A stretch of DNA of 61,324 nt, the filler included, from Dirinaria sp. TL-2023a (taxonomy: Eukaryota): NCBI GenBank assembly GCA_051941275.1. It is 5 parts of 5 records of this genome, joined end to end, with 100 filler letters (N's around TTAATTAATTAA, not from the genome) between each part and the next. Parts side by side here need not be neighbours in the genome. Positions count along the whole stretch, not along the records: positions 24,602 to 36,797 come from JAVEBF010000786.1; positions 36,898 to 49,064 come from JAVEBF010000787.1; 3 more parts are not named here. The stretch is one strand, 5' to 3'. Both the position numbers and the translations under genes were made by a program. The notes under the pieces are model-generated. The model was given only the letters and a program-made list of their open reading frames with translations. It was not told the origin of the DNA and did not search any database. Within the stretch, counting starts at the first letter, position 1. Every line of letters begins with the position of its first letter. Below are positions 24,816 to 37,452 of this stretch, in pieces.

Positions 24816-25706
24816 TCACTGGCCTTTAACGGGCTCAGCTTTCTCAACTTGATCAGCCCAACTTTGATTCTCACCAGTGGTGGATGCTGGTGGCCCTGAA
24901 GCGTTTTCTGCAGTAGGTTTTCCTGACGTGGGTTTTGCGGCTGGCAGAGTTGGGAAATCATCCTGTTGCCCAATTGGCAGTACTTCCTGAAGGCCATCTT
25001 CAGGGGCCTCACGCCCTCTTCCACCTCTACCACCCCGATTCCTGCCACCTCTGCCTCGTCCACGTCCCCTACCGATGCCTCGAACTGCCTGATCACTAGT
25101 CTGCTCATGGCCTCCCGGCGAAGCCACGCCACCGTATGCGCCCCTCCTGAATTGGCTTCCCCTCTCATTCCTCGTATCCAGGTCCTCTTTTCCCTCGTCC
25201 CACTCCCGACCTCCTTTCACTGCCAGCTTCCTCAATCGATTCTTTTCCCTCTCTTGATCCATGACTCTTCGTGCAGCACCTTCCTCCTTCCTCTTCTGCT
25301 GCGCATGAGCTTCTCGTTTCTGGAAGCTTGCTTCATCCGCTGCTGCTAGCCGGTGGGCTTCTTCGCGCTTGGCATTGTTGAGTTTAGCAGCCGCTAGACG
25401 AGCGCTCAATTCATCCTCGGTCAATTTAGGTTTGTTGACACCCCCAGTCGCAGAGCGGTCACCTCGAACGGCAGATGGTGCTTTCGGAGCCTGCTTGGGC
25501 GAGGCAACGATAGATTCGTCGGTAGTGTTCACCTCCGTTCGTGGCGAAATTTCTTTTGGTTGTGCGTTCTGGGAGCGGCTTTTGGTTGGGCTTTTGTGGC
25601 TTTGTGAACGGTGCTGTTGTACTGTATGTGGTACAGGCTCATTGATGGGCGTGAAGTCGTCATCGAACAGATCATCTGGCTGTCGGGTTTGAGCAAATTC
25701 ATCCAT
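24816..25706 (-). CDS. Hypothetical protein with coiled-coil and RGG motifs (possible RNA-binding)
   Basis: 296-aa single-exon ATG ORF: MDEFAQTRQPDDLFDDDF, charged helix ending REWDEGKE, RGRGRGRGG, DDFPTLP and SWADQVE. Confidence 0.8.
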   Translation of the reverse strand: MDEFAQTRQPDDLFDDDFTPINEPVPHTVQQHRSQSHKSPTKSRSQNAQPKEISPRTEVNTTDESIVASPKQAPKAPSAVRGDRSATGGVNKPKLTEDELSARLAAAKLNNAKREEAHRLAAADEASFQKREAHAQQKRKEEGAARRVMDQEREKNRLRKLAVKGGREWDEGKEDLDTRNERGSQFRRGAYGGVASPGGHEQTSDQAVRGIGRGRGRGRGGRNRGGRGGRGREAPEDGLQEVLPIGQQDDFPTLPAAKPTSGKPTAENASGPPASTTGENQSWADQVEKAEPVKGQ

Positions 25707-26707
25707 AGCTTAGAGCTTTGGTAATTTTCGTTACAATCTGATTGCGAGATGAATACTTTTAAGGTGCGCCTTGACGACCCTGTAGGGTTTCGACCAGCGT
25801 TGTCACGTGTGTGAAAATGTGTCTATGGAAAGAGCGAAATAGATTCCCGCGCGATGGTTTGGTCAATATTAAGCTCAGTTAACAAGAGCCGGATTATATG
25901 TGATTTCGGTGTGGTACTGCTATTTTTGTGCGAGGTCACAGTCCTTGTATGCAAAGCCTGATTTTAATATCTGTTACATTTGAAGAGCATAGATCTAGGT
26001 AGCTGAAGGTTTGCAAGCTTTACATCATTTTGCTCATGGGTCCTTTTTACGCTTTAGGGAGTGAGCAGCAGAAGGTAGGTTCTCGCGGTATGTTAGAGGT
26101 GCTCACTAACTGTCGATGGCTACCTTACGTTAATGTGGCTCAATGTAATGGCACATTTCTCATACTGAACATTGTTGGTGTTGGATGTTATTAAAGGTTC
26201 TCAGAGCAAAGCATAGATGTCATCGTCAATCCAAGATCGGAGTCATATATTTGGATCCATCACAAGTATGGATGTAAACCAGCAAGCTTCTAATGAGATG
26301 CTGTAGGCTTGTAGGTACTCGATCAGTGAAGCCTTCGCGTAGTCCGCTCGTTTAACCAGTAGCAGCATTTTCAAGCTTTCAAAACCCATTGGACACATCG
26401 AAAGGATCCAGAAAGTGGTCTGTCCGCATCGATGGTGTCACCGTAAGTCTAATTAATGGTAGCGTTTCCCCCACATCAAGACAAACGGGCCATGATGGAA
26501 ATCAAGGATAGTTCTTTGTGTCACATCCACAGTAGGGACAGAGGCAGCCCGTCGTAGTGGCGCTGCTGCTTTCGGTGTATCAGGTCCCGGATATGCTGTT
26601 GCGCTCAGTGCTGCTACTTGTGCCCTTGTTGATGAGTGAACACGATGACAGCCGTTAAGCGCATGTTCAGATACGAACATGGTAACACAATATTCAAGAT
26701 AGACCAC

Positions 26708-27950
26708 TCAACTAGAGTTGACAGTGTCCTTCTGGCGCTCTTGTTCTTCGATTCTTGGAATCTGATGAGTTGCACTTGGATCTTTGTACAGGCCGTGTTT
26801 TTCTATGTAAGCAACTGCCACCTCGTTAACAGCTGAGTTTCAGATACAAGCACAAGTGATAAGACTGACCGACGGGTTTGGGGAGGAGATAGTTAATAGA
26901 TAAAGACTCTTTAACCGCTAGCCTGGCCATGGTGAGTGGACATCTTCTTCGTCGATGGCGCCGTATTTTGATGACTTACCGTACCCGCGTTGAGCTAATC
27001 TCGTTAGGTATCAGCTGAGGGACTAGATAAATATTCTGCTTCCATCGCTCTAAAGCAGCCAACGCATCTGACTCGTCTGTCCCAGGTCTTTCGATAATGA
27101 CAACCCCACGCGCCAAGATCCTATCGAGATCTTCTTCGCTCCATACTGTTACAATGATCAACAAGGGGCGTAATTACGAATGATGACAGCCTAACCTCCT
27201 GGCTTCCTCATCGTGTCTAGCAGGTCGCTTCCTGCTAGTAAGCATGCTCGGATGGGCCGCTCATTTGATGCTGGCCCGTTGCTGTGGGGCGCATTGAGCT
27301 CTTGGTCGAAGCTACCGATATTTAGCCTGGTAAATGTGCATTTGTGCTCAAGATACTTACTGGTCAAGTACATCGGCCGTAGGAGTATACTCCTGTCTAT
27401 CAATTGAATTATACATTCGTCCGCAGTACGGTTGGTCAATGTAGAGCTTACTGCAAACCTTCCCATGGATCAACCTCGACGTCAGAACCCTCCACAGCAA
27501 GCTGGCACATCTCGATTCGAGCCCGGGCTGAGGCTAATCCAACCTTCTTGTATGCATCGCTGACCTGGCAACGGTTGGTAAGAAATGATTGCAATTGCTG
27601 GTTTCACCTACTCACTGGAGACAGATACATGCCAACGACCTCTTGCGGCATGTTAGCAGTGGGCGCCATCTACTCAGAGACGAGCGCACCATAATCTGTG
27701 TGTTCGCGTTTTAAGTGATCAAGAGCCATTTCAAACATCCGTAGATGGAGAAATGTGATCTGCAAACATGTCAGAACAGAAGCCACGGAATTAGCAGCTC
27801 GTGCGTTACCGGAGAGAACGAGCCACAGGCAATGAGGGCAATGGGCTGTTTCGAAGGATCTTTGGGGCTTTTTAATTTGTTTCTCGGAAATACATAATTC
27901 GCCAAGCTAGTTATAGGTTGGACTCCTTTAATGTTTCCTGTGCCGTTCAT
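26708..27950 (-). CDS. Nicotinamide/nicotinate mononucleotide adenylyltransferase (NMNAT, Nma1-like), about 9 exons
   Basis: Manual splicing: [77 protein letters not shown]; stop at 26708-26710. Confidence 0.92.
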
Positions 27951-29136
27951 GATGCCGTTGGCAGGTGATAATTTGTGCAGAGATGCCAGACCTAACTCGG
28001 ACCAGGGACGGAGTTGATAGAGAGCAGCAAGCACCTGCCCTCCTATAGCTGTCGTGGCTGAGAATTGGCCGTAACTGTTCTCTGATAATGCCCGCTTGGC
28101 ATCGAACCTACTTGGTAAGGCGGAGCACTGGATTGCTGTGGATCGACCAAGAATTGGAAACAGTCACAGTAATGTTGAGAGATAAATATATGTCTGTTGA
28201 ATCGCTTGCCGCGATGTTCGGGTAGAAGTTTGTAGAGAAAAGAAGCCTAAGCAAATAACCACCCAAGTAAGACACCGAATTCCACCTAATAACAATGAAA
28301 ATTTGCTCTTTTCTTGTTCCACGAGCAACAATGCAGGCAGCAGGTGAACACCGTCATCGGCCTACGGCAATTGTCCTGTCAGTACTTAAAATTCGGACAG
28401 GACATGCTCTTCGGCGTTCTTCAAATCTCCGGTAAAGTGTACTTTAGATGTTGAAAGTGACACCGGAGGTGATGCAGAGGTCGATAGGTCCGGGTGTAAA
28501 GTAGTCATGTTGAAGATAGACGAACATAGAACGACATGGGTATTCTATTGGTTTCACCAATATTCACACCATTTCCAGAATAAGTAATCAGTACTGTACT
28601 CTGGCTCGTCTCGGTACTTCACCTAGAAGCCAAATGCGAAGCGAGGCGTCGATTCAAGGTTCGGGTGATAGCCTCACCCAAGACACAATCTAACACTTCT
28701 TGCATTCAAGACTTTCCCACCCAATCCCGCCTATTCCCATCTGCTCATTCATGGCCTTATTTCAATGAAGGCCAAGCCAGACATCACACCTGATTAACCC
28801 ACACTCGTTACTGCTTTCAGACAGTATTATTCTCAGGTTCGACAGTCGACACTCTTACGATGAACTAGACTGTGCCTTCCTGATTTATCACCACTTACTG
28901 TGTATGGCGGACGATCAGGCGTATGGCCCTCGAACCTCCTTTTGACACTTCGACCTCACATTCACTTCCCCCTTCTAGGTAACTCCCTCCTTCATCTTTC
29001 TCCACATTACTGCATCTGTCTTTTCTGAACCTCAAGGGCAGCGGCTTTTCTCCATCCGCTCCCCGCCCGCTCGATCCGTCGTCCGTCGCTCTTTTGAACG
29101 GACTCTACACTGTACTCGCTGAAAAGCTTGATTCTC

Positions 29137-32100
29137 ATGTCTTCCAGAGTAACTCGCTCCTCAGTGAGGCTTGCGGCAGCAGCGGCGGCGGCAGCGTCCA
29201 ATCCTCCTGCTGCTGGAGCCACCAACACCGACCCGACCGACCACCAGACACCGGGCCGGCCCAATAAACGCAAGGCCGGAGCTTTAACAGAGCCTGGTGC
29301 GGATCAGACGTCCGACGTAGAGAGTACTCCGCCTACTAGGCGCGTGAAAAAGGCAAAGGTCACGGGTGCAAGGGCTTCACTACCGAACCCTGCACCTTCT
29401 CGAGCACGAGCTTCGAAGGGCCCTGCTGCTATGGCAAAGCCAGGGTGAGTTCGCACCGGTGGTACTATAGCTGAGTAAAACTGAGATGTGCTATCAGATC
29501 CTCTTCGGAACCAGCTGGTGAGAAAGTTAATCCTACCTCGCCGACGCCTGAGGCATCTCGTAGGAAGTCTGGTCGAAGCAAGAAGACTGGTCCAGGTATG
29601 AAAGCCGTCCATATTTCAAGCATATCTAATCCATTTATGTATAGATACGGAGCCCTCGAATCCAGCAGTAACAAACACTTCTTCCCGACGTGCAAACAAG
29701 AAATCCTCTTCCAAAAAAGCCGAGGGCAACCCAGCCAAAAACGCCGACGATCCATCACCTAGTCATTCTAAGAGAGCACCTTCAATACCAGTATCAGGCT
29801 CGCCTCCGGCCAACCCCAATGCCGACAACGAGAGCCATGAAGGAAGACCCTACGACCACGACGATGAGGACGATGGAGAAGAACCGTGGCGAAGCGGTCT
29901 ATTTGGTGCTAGAGATCCTGCAGCAAGCATAGCCAGTGAACTGCGTAGGTACAGCAGCATGTCCTCCAATGTTCCTTCACAGCTTCGATCGATCATGAGC
30001 AGCCTCAAACAAAAAGATGACCCTCTAGGCCAAAAATTGGCGTTGGAGCAGCTCTCAAACCTCCTCCTCATCTCGACAGAAGACAACTTGGCCGGCCATT
30101 TCTCGCCGGATCAGTTTATCACAGAGCTTGTCAATTTATCGAGGCCTAGCGAGACTGGGGCGGATAACTCAGAAATGACGATCCTTGCTTGCCGATGCAT
30201 TGCAAATCTTATGGAAGCTTTGCCACCATCCACGGCCAACGTTGTTTATGGAGGTGCAGTACCAGTGCTATGCGCACAGCTTCGTAATGTCATGTTCATC
30301 GACGGTGCAGAGCAAGCGTTGAGCGTAAGGCCCATGCCAGAGTCCTTAAATTTTTGAGCACTGACCACTATAGGCCTTGGAGAAAATATCCGTTGAATTT
30401 CCCTCCTCGATCGTTCGTGAGGGCGGTCTCACTTCCTGTCTGGAGTACATTGATTTCTTTGCGACAAGTACCCAGAGGGCGGCCGTCAATACCGCCGCCA
30501 ACTGCTGCCGCAATATCCCTCAAGACTCATTTCCAGTCGTCAGGGGCGTTATGTCGACTCTACTAGGCGTCCTCAATAACAGTGATCAGAAGGTTGTCGA
30601 AAAGGCTTGTGTATGTGTCTGCCGGGTTGTGGAAAGCTTCAAGTACCACCAGGACAAATTGGAAGAACTTGTTCGACCCGACTTACTTGGTGCCATACGA
30701 CGTCTTCTACTGCCTGGCACAACTAATTTGATTGGACCGAACATCCACACGCAATTTCTAAGAGTACTTTCCATTACAGCACGGGCTAGTCCCAAACGAT
30801 CGGCAGACATGTTCCAAATGGATATCGTTGACACGCTGTATCAGGTTTTGACTGGTGTCTCACCGCCAACTGATCTGGACAACATAGCTTCACAGATCGA
30901 TGACGTTCTCATTATGCAAGCTCTAATCCATCGGCCCCGGGAGCAAATCTTCGAAGCGCTCAACGTAATCTGTGAACTTCTTCCAAGCGTTCGCAAGGAA
31001 GGGCCATTAGACCAGGAAGACTTGTTTGAGTTGGCGGTTGAGGGTGACGATCCATTAGGCATGCGAAGTCCTCTGACCGAGAATCCTGGAAACTCGGACA
31101 GGCTTAAGATGCTCAAAGATTGCAGTAAAGAGCTTAAGCGATTTGCTATTGTTCTCCTTCCAACGCTGACCAGTGCCTTTTCAAGTACAGTCAACCTTGG
31201 TGTTCGACAGAAGGTTCTGACAGCTCAGCTCAAGATGTTGTCCAATTTGGATGTGCCGATTTTGGAAGACGCGCTTCGGACAGTGCAATATGCGTCATTC
31301 CTGGCATCGATTCTGTCGCAGCAGGATCATCCTTCCTTGGTCCTTTCCGCTCTGCAGGCAGCCAACCTGCTCTTAACAAGGATGGAACGCATATATCGTC
31401 ACCAATTTTATAGGGAAGGGGTCATGGCTGAAATATCGAAGTTGGCAAGTCAGCCACTAAAGACTCCGGAGACAAAAATCAAGTCTGAAAAGTCGCACCT
31501 TAGTCCAGAACCGGTCAAACCAACATCGATTGGGGACAAGGAAGACATTTCCGAGCCCAGCGGCGGCATTCCTCAAGATAGTGAGAGCTCGGATAGCGAG
31601 GCTGATCGAGATGATGAAGACCAAGAACCCGATGATGATGACCAACCAGGAATCCATGAGGACGTGTCGTCTTCGCCTAGTGAATCATCTTCAGATAGCG
31701 AGGAGTATTCCTCTCCTAGATTTGCGACGAGCCTTCAAGACTGTATCACATTGCGGGCCAAGAAGTTTCTTGAGACTCATGAATCCTTGAAGGGTAACAA
31801 AATGAAGGAAAAGGCGTCTGATGATTTGAAAGCGCTCCAGACCCTAGCACAAGACATTGCATCATGCTACCTGGCTGGTGGTGGTGGCAACGGACCAAAG
31901 CTCTTTGAACGCCTAGCTAAGTATTTTCAGGGCGACGCATTAGAGAGCATCACAAGTGCCGAATTAATCAATTCCGAGATTGGCAGTGTATTGTTGGATA
32001 TATTCAGCAATTCTAACGATGCTCTGAGGGCAAGAGCAAGGGCAGCATTCGTTCACATTTTCATGAAACTCCCTACAAGAAGCAAAACTCGAACATCTAC

Positions 32101-34989
32101 TGCGACTAACTCCACCACACCCTTCAGCGTGCTAATCCATAAACTGCAAGATGTCTTGAGTCGTTCCGAACATTTCGAAGTCGTCACTGTTCATCAGAAC
32201 GCATTGGACAGTGGTCGGTCCAGTGCGACTTCAATGATCTCGAAACAAATGCGCTTGAGGCTTATGGCTGGTGACGAGTCGGAGATACCGAAGGCTTATA
32301 GGAACATAATGATCTCTGTTCACGCCATTGCAACTTTCAAAACTTTGGACGACTATCTGCGCCCTCGCATCAGCCTTGCAGAGCGCCCGAAGACCCCAAG
32401 GAATCGTGACCGCGAAGGCATGTCTGATGGCCTTTCCCAGACTCTAGCGGCCCTTGCTGGGCTTCCAAGACCGACCCCAAGGCCCACAGAGCGGAGTGAT
32501 GCCGGGACTGGAGACGCGTCTGTCCCCTCGACACCATCAACAGCTAAGCCTGCAAGCCGCACTCGGAAAGCTGCGAAGGCCAAGCCTAGCACTCCCGCAT
32601 CTAATACGAAGGAAAAGTCTTCTGCTCCGCGACGATCAAGTCGGAAGCATCAAGACTCTGCGAAGGCAACCTCAGCAACGCCTACCCAAGCGCCTGAGCC
32701 AGAAATGACACAATCACCACTAGAATGTGCTGATGAGAGGCAGCTTACAGATGAGGATGATATTGATGACAGCAGTGCACTAGATGCACTTGTGGAGCAG
32801 TTAGAGTCCAGCATGGACGAGGAGGAAATGCCCGACCCTACTGCTGTAAATGTCGAGGTCGCAGCCACCGGCAAGATTACAGCGCGCAAGGAAGATGGTA
32901 CCAGAGTTGCCACGCCTTCGCAAGGCTCGATGTCCTCTTTGCAAAATCTCCACTCATCACGAGCTCAACAGCTTTTAGCTGCCGGCATGCATCCCTCATT
33001 AGCAAACCGAGCGATGTCCTACGCTGCCGCTATTCAGGCAGTTCCCCAGGATTGGCATCTTGAATTTAGCATTGACGAGCAGTCGATCTCGCCTGAGACC
33101 ACTATCTACCGTGCCGTGCACTACAACAACCCGCAGTCGAGTGATGCTGCTATGCGAAACGTTTGGTCTTCAGTCCATCCGATCAAGTTTCGGCGGGTCT
33201 CTGGCCCCCCTCCACCAGAAGCGTCAACTGTCTCGCAGGCGCCGGAAGCAAGCCCGGCAGCTGAAAATATATATATGCCCAACTCATTGCACGAGCAACC
33301 CACCACATCGACAATTCTGCGATTGTTGAACATTTTACATGAGCTCAACTCCAACCTAGATGATGTGCTCGATGACAGCAAGGAGATTATCAATGCTGAA
33401 CCATTATCTCAATTCGTCAATACTAAGCTCACTGCTAAGCTCAATCGGCAACTCGAGGAACCTTTGATTGTGGCCTCTCGATGCCTTCCGCCATGGAGTG
33501 AGGATCTTCCACGGCTCTATCCATTCCTATTCCCTTTCGAGACTCGGCACCTATTCCTCCAATCTACCTCCTTCGGCTACGCCCGGTCGATGACCAGATG
33601 GCAGAACGCCCAATCCATCGATGATTCTCGCCGTGACCGGCGCCATGACGATCGACCCTACGTTGGTAGACTCCAACGCCAGAAAGTACGCATTTCCCGC
33701 ACAAGAATCTTAGAGTCTGCCATCAAAGTTATGGAGCTCTACGGCGCCTCACCGAGTGTGCTCGAGGTGGAATATTTTGAGGAGGTAGGCACCGGTCTTG
33801 GGCCGACGCTCGAATTCTACTCTACTGTTTCGAAGGAGTTCTCGAGGAAAGAACTCAGACTATGGCGGGAAAACGAATCTTCCGAAACCTCCAAATATGT
33901 CTTTGGCAAACTCGGGCTCTTTCCCGCACCAATGAGCGAAGCGCAAGCCGACACGGAGAGCGGAAAGAAAATTCTACAGTACTTTAGGATTCTCGGGAAA
34001 TTCATTGCGCGGTCTATGCTCGACTCTCGGATCATCGATGTCCCTCTGAATCCAACCTTCTTCCGTGTTGGTACCAAATCCGACACTGTGCCCCTTTCGC
34101 TCGGCGCTGTCAAGACCGTGGATGAGCATCTCGCAACATCTCTGAAGCTCGTTAAACAATTTGCTGCCGAGAAGGAGTACATAGATACTAGCGAGCACAT
34201 CCCGGTCACAGAAAAGCCCGCCGCCATCAAAAAGATTGCAATCGGTGGCGTAACGATCGACGACCTGTCGCTCGACTTTACCCTGCCTGGATATGCAGCA
34301 ATTGAGCTTGTACCGGATGGGGCCAACGCAGCTGTGACGATCGAGAATGTGAACAGCTATGTGGACAAGGTTCTCGACATGGTTCTAGGAAGTGGTGTCC
34401 AACGCCAAATCGATGCTTTCCGAGCTGGATTCTCTCAGGTCTTCTCATACACGGCCTTGAAAGCGTTTACACCCAGTGAGCTAGTGATGCTATTCGGGCA
34501 AGTCGAGGAGGATTGGAGCCTTGAGAGTAAGTCCCAGCATTGCAGTTTCTATGACTCTTGACCTTACTTACTGACTGTCCACCGTAGCTCTTCTTGACTC
34601 GATCAAGGCAGACCATGGATACAACATGGATAGCAAGAGTGTGCGGAACTTGCTGCAGGTCATGAGCGAGCTGTCTCCTCAACAGAAGCGAGATTTCTTA
34701 CAGTTCGTGACTGGAAGCCCGAAGCTGCCCATCGGTGGTAAGTACTTTGAAAGCCTTGTTTCTGGCTCTACCTGCTCACGTGGATATCACAGGCTTCAAG
34801 AGTCTCACTCCTATGTTCACGGTTGTTTGCAAGCCTAGCGAGCCTCCTTACACGTCCGATGACTTTCTAATTTCGGTCATGACTTGCGCCAATTACGTCA
34901 AACTGCCGGACTATAGCAACATCGAAGTCCTCCGTAGGCGGCTGTTGACCGCGATTCAGGAGGGCCAGGGTGCCTTCCACCTGTCGTGA
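29137..34989 (+). CDS. UFD4: HECT E3 ubiquitin ligase of the Ufd4/TRIP12 family, 6 exons
   Basis: ARM-like N-terminus (ACRCIANLMEALP), LTAKLNRQLEEPL, GRLQRQKVRISR, LEVEYFEEVGTGLGPTLEFY, catalytic VMTCANYVKLPDY and terminal GAFHLS. Confidence 0.96.
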
Positions 34990-35495
34990 TGAGGCAGATA
35001 CCAACCCCATCACCATGGTGCTAGTCTTCGATTCGCGGCCAAACAATGAGCACCTTGGACTGGGGGATGCTCTTCCAGAAGGTCACGCGTAACGACGGCG
35101 AAGTGCCTTGCATCACAGCCATTTTAATAGAAGAAGCATTAACGGCAGACAAAACGGGAAAGGAGCATGGGGACTGGCTAGAGATGGCGGAACACTTGCT
35201 TTGCATTTAGATTGAACTCGCATGTTCGTGGGAGATGACAGCAGCATGTCCAGCAAGAAATACTCTCCCATCCCCTCGGATCAGGCTATGAGTAGTTCAA
35301 GGAATACCCAATACAGCAGATGGCTTACATCGATACCGCCGAGTAGACAGCACAATCAAATTCGCTTCACCAATTCACTTCTCATTGTGCGTATTCTTTT
35401 TACCCACGGTAGATTGGGGACGAAGCAGGCAGGGAGGAGTGCCTGCATGTAATCGTACTCTCAGTACTGAAGTGCCCTTTGATGCCTTCGACCTG

Positions 35496-35503
35496 ATCAC
35501 GTG
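35496..35503 (+). promoter_or_regulatory. E-box ATCACGTG (bHLH/SREBP- or Cbf1-type) about 210 bp upstream of cytochrome b5
   Basis: Exact motif; function inferred only. Confidence 0.35.
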
Positions 35504-35713
35504 TTGGGAGTGCTAAGCGCTATACCCCATTGGGACAATCAGCGAGAACTGATAGGATGATGCACTTCCAACGCTTTTCCAGCCCATTAGATGATTAGAT
35601 TTCAATCGAGCTTTTCCGAATATTGATTTCTCCCTACTGGTTTTGTTAAATATCTTGCCTTCTTCACCCTCTCATTCTCACCTCCTGCCTTGCCCATCTC
35701 CCGTCCTTCCACC

Positions 35714-36549
35714 ATGTCAGAAACCAAAGGGCTCACATACTCCGAAGTCTCGGGACACAGCTCGAAAAAGGTAAGTAGTATTGCTCCTCTCCCCAACACC
35801 TACACAGATACGTATCCTCCAATAATTGTGACCCAAAAATTGTCCGAAGAGTCTCAGAGCGCTGATGCGGGTGGTAACAGGATCTCTACCTGGTAGTCCA
35901 CGACAAAGTCTACAATGCCACCACTTTCATAGATGAGCATCCGTACGGCTCCTTTTTCCCCACCTCCGCCAACCTCCGCCCCCAATCCCAATATCCACCC
36001 CATTCAGCCTCTTGTTGAACAAAATATGAAGCAAAAAGGACCCAATAGCTGAATCCGTGCTACAAACAGGGGCGGCGAAGAAGTCCTTCTGGACGTAGGC
36101 GGGCAAGACGCAACCGAAGCCTTCGAGGACGTAGGACACAGCGATGAAGCGCGCGAGATACTGCAGGGCCTTCTCGTGGGCGATCTAAAGCGACAGGTAC
36201 CACGCCCTCCATTTCATCCCTCCCAAGTCCCTATTTCCTTGTTCATTTCCACCCTCCTCGAGGAAACTCCTCGCTACTCGGGTCCCCTTTCCCCCTACCC
36301 CCGATAAATAAATACATTGCCCTTTCTCCCCGTCAAAAGGATAACGGAAAACTGATCCATGGGTATGCAATCCAGCCTGGCGATCCCTCGCCAAAACCCC
36401 AACCCGTTGCCGGAACGCCCGCAACATCTTCCACGGGGACCGAGTCCACAGGCTTTGGCGTCGGGCTCTATGCTGTGGTCCTGATAGGTGGCGCATTGGC
36501 CTTTGGCGCTTACAAGTACCTTCAAAGCCAAGGCGCGGAGCAGAAATAA
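35714..36549 (+). CDS. CYB5: Cytochrome b5, tail-anchored, 4 exons (missed by the ORF track)
   Basis: Exons 35714-35770, 35881-35942, 36070-36196 and 36377-36549 give [30 protein letters not shown]...[35 protein letters not shown]...[21 protein letters not shown]; both heme His present. Confidence 0.95.
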
Positions 36550-36797
36550 TTTTCTCCCCTCTTCCTCATTCCCCCTCTTCTGCCATTTTCCCACCCCTGA
36601 GAATATTGTGAAACAGATTGGGGGTTTGGGAAAGATGTGGTTAAGAAGCACATAGCATGGCAATGGGCTTTTTTTGTAATTCCGTATCACTCGAGCTGGA
36701 GGCGGTGAATGAGGCGGGAGAGGTTGACTGGCAACTTGATCAATTTGCCTTTGCTTTTGGCTTTTCAACACGGAGCAAAGCAAGCAGGCAAGGCGAC

Positions 36798-36897
36798 NNN
36801 NNNNNNNNNNNNNNNNNNNNNNNNNNNNNNNNNNNNNNNNNTTAATTAATTAANNNNNNNNNNNNNNNNNNNNNNNNNNNNNNNNNNNNNNNNNNNN
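36798..36897. other. Artificial contig spacer
   Basis: N44-TTAATTAATTAA-N44. Confidence 0.98.
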
Positions 36898-36906
36898 CTT
36901 GAGTAA

Positions 36907-37014
36907 GTTTACATGAGGATAGTAATATGATAGTTGTCTACGACATTACTGAAAAATTGACCGGGTTTGCATGAGGATAGTAATAATAGTTATCTACGAG
37001 GTTACCAAAATTTG
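36907..37014. repeat. Degenerate direct repeat, two copies, period 58 bp
   Basis: gtttacatgaggatagtaatatgatagttgtctacga (36907) versus gtttgcatgaggatagtaataatagttatctacga (36965). Confidence 0.85.
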
Positions 37015-37452
37015 TTTCATGATTAACAGCTTTACCAAGATCTAAGGTCATGAGTGGGGTTTCATTAGTAGATAGACGGCATGGAAGCGAGTTTCGGCGC
37101 AAAATGTTTTCACCAGAAAGAATAGGTGATTCTATGTGAGTTCAATCTGGCTTCGTCCTGCATAATCAGTTTTACCTACAAACATGGGCGGAGAAATCAA
37201 CTACATACGCGAACACGTCGTTACTTGTTTTTCTTTTCTTTTCTTTTCTTTTTTTTTCCGAATTTGCCAAGATTCACATCAGGTCGACTCCATATCTTTC
37301 AACCAGGCTGCACAAGAGCTTTCTTGCGTTTCATCATTTCGATAAAGTCGTATAGTCATCGAGCGGCTTACCCTAGAACATGGCATTCATGTGCTCACTG
37401 ATTGGTGTATACAGGAATGACACGCTCTCTCCTTTCGCGCATTTTCGCCGCT

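Noticed and set aside
28058..28100. TPP-riboswitch-like words (CTGAGA...GATAATGCC) near NMNAT
   Set aside because: Antisense to NMNAT, the P4/P5 stems do not pair and the GAACCTGAT core is missing.
28765..28884. Possible box C/D snoRNA (ATGAAG...CTGA...GATGAA...CTGA) upstream of UFD4
   Set aside because: Imperfect C box, no terminal stem and no convincing rRNA complementarity of 10 nt or more. An Infernal or snoscan search would be needed.
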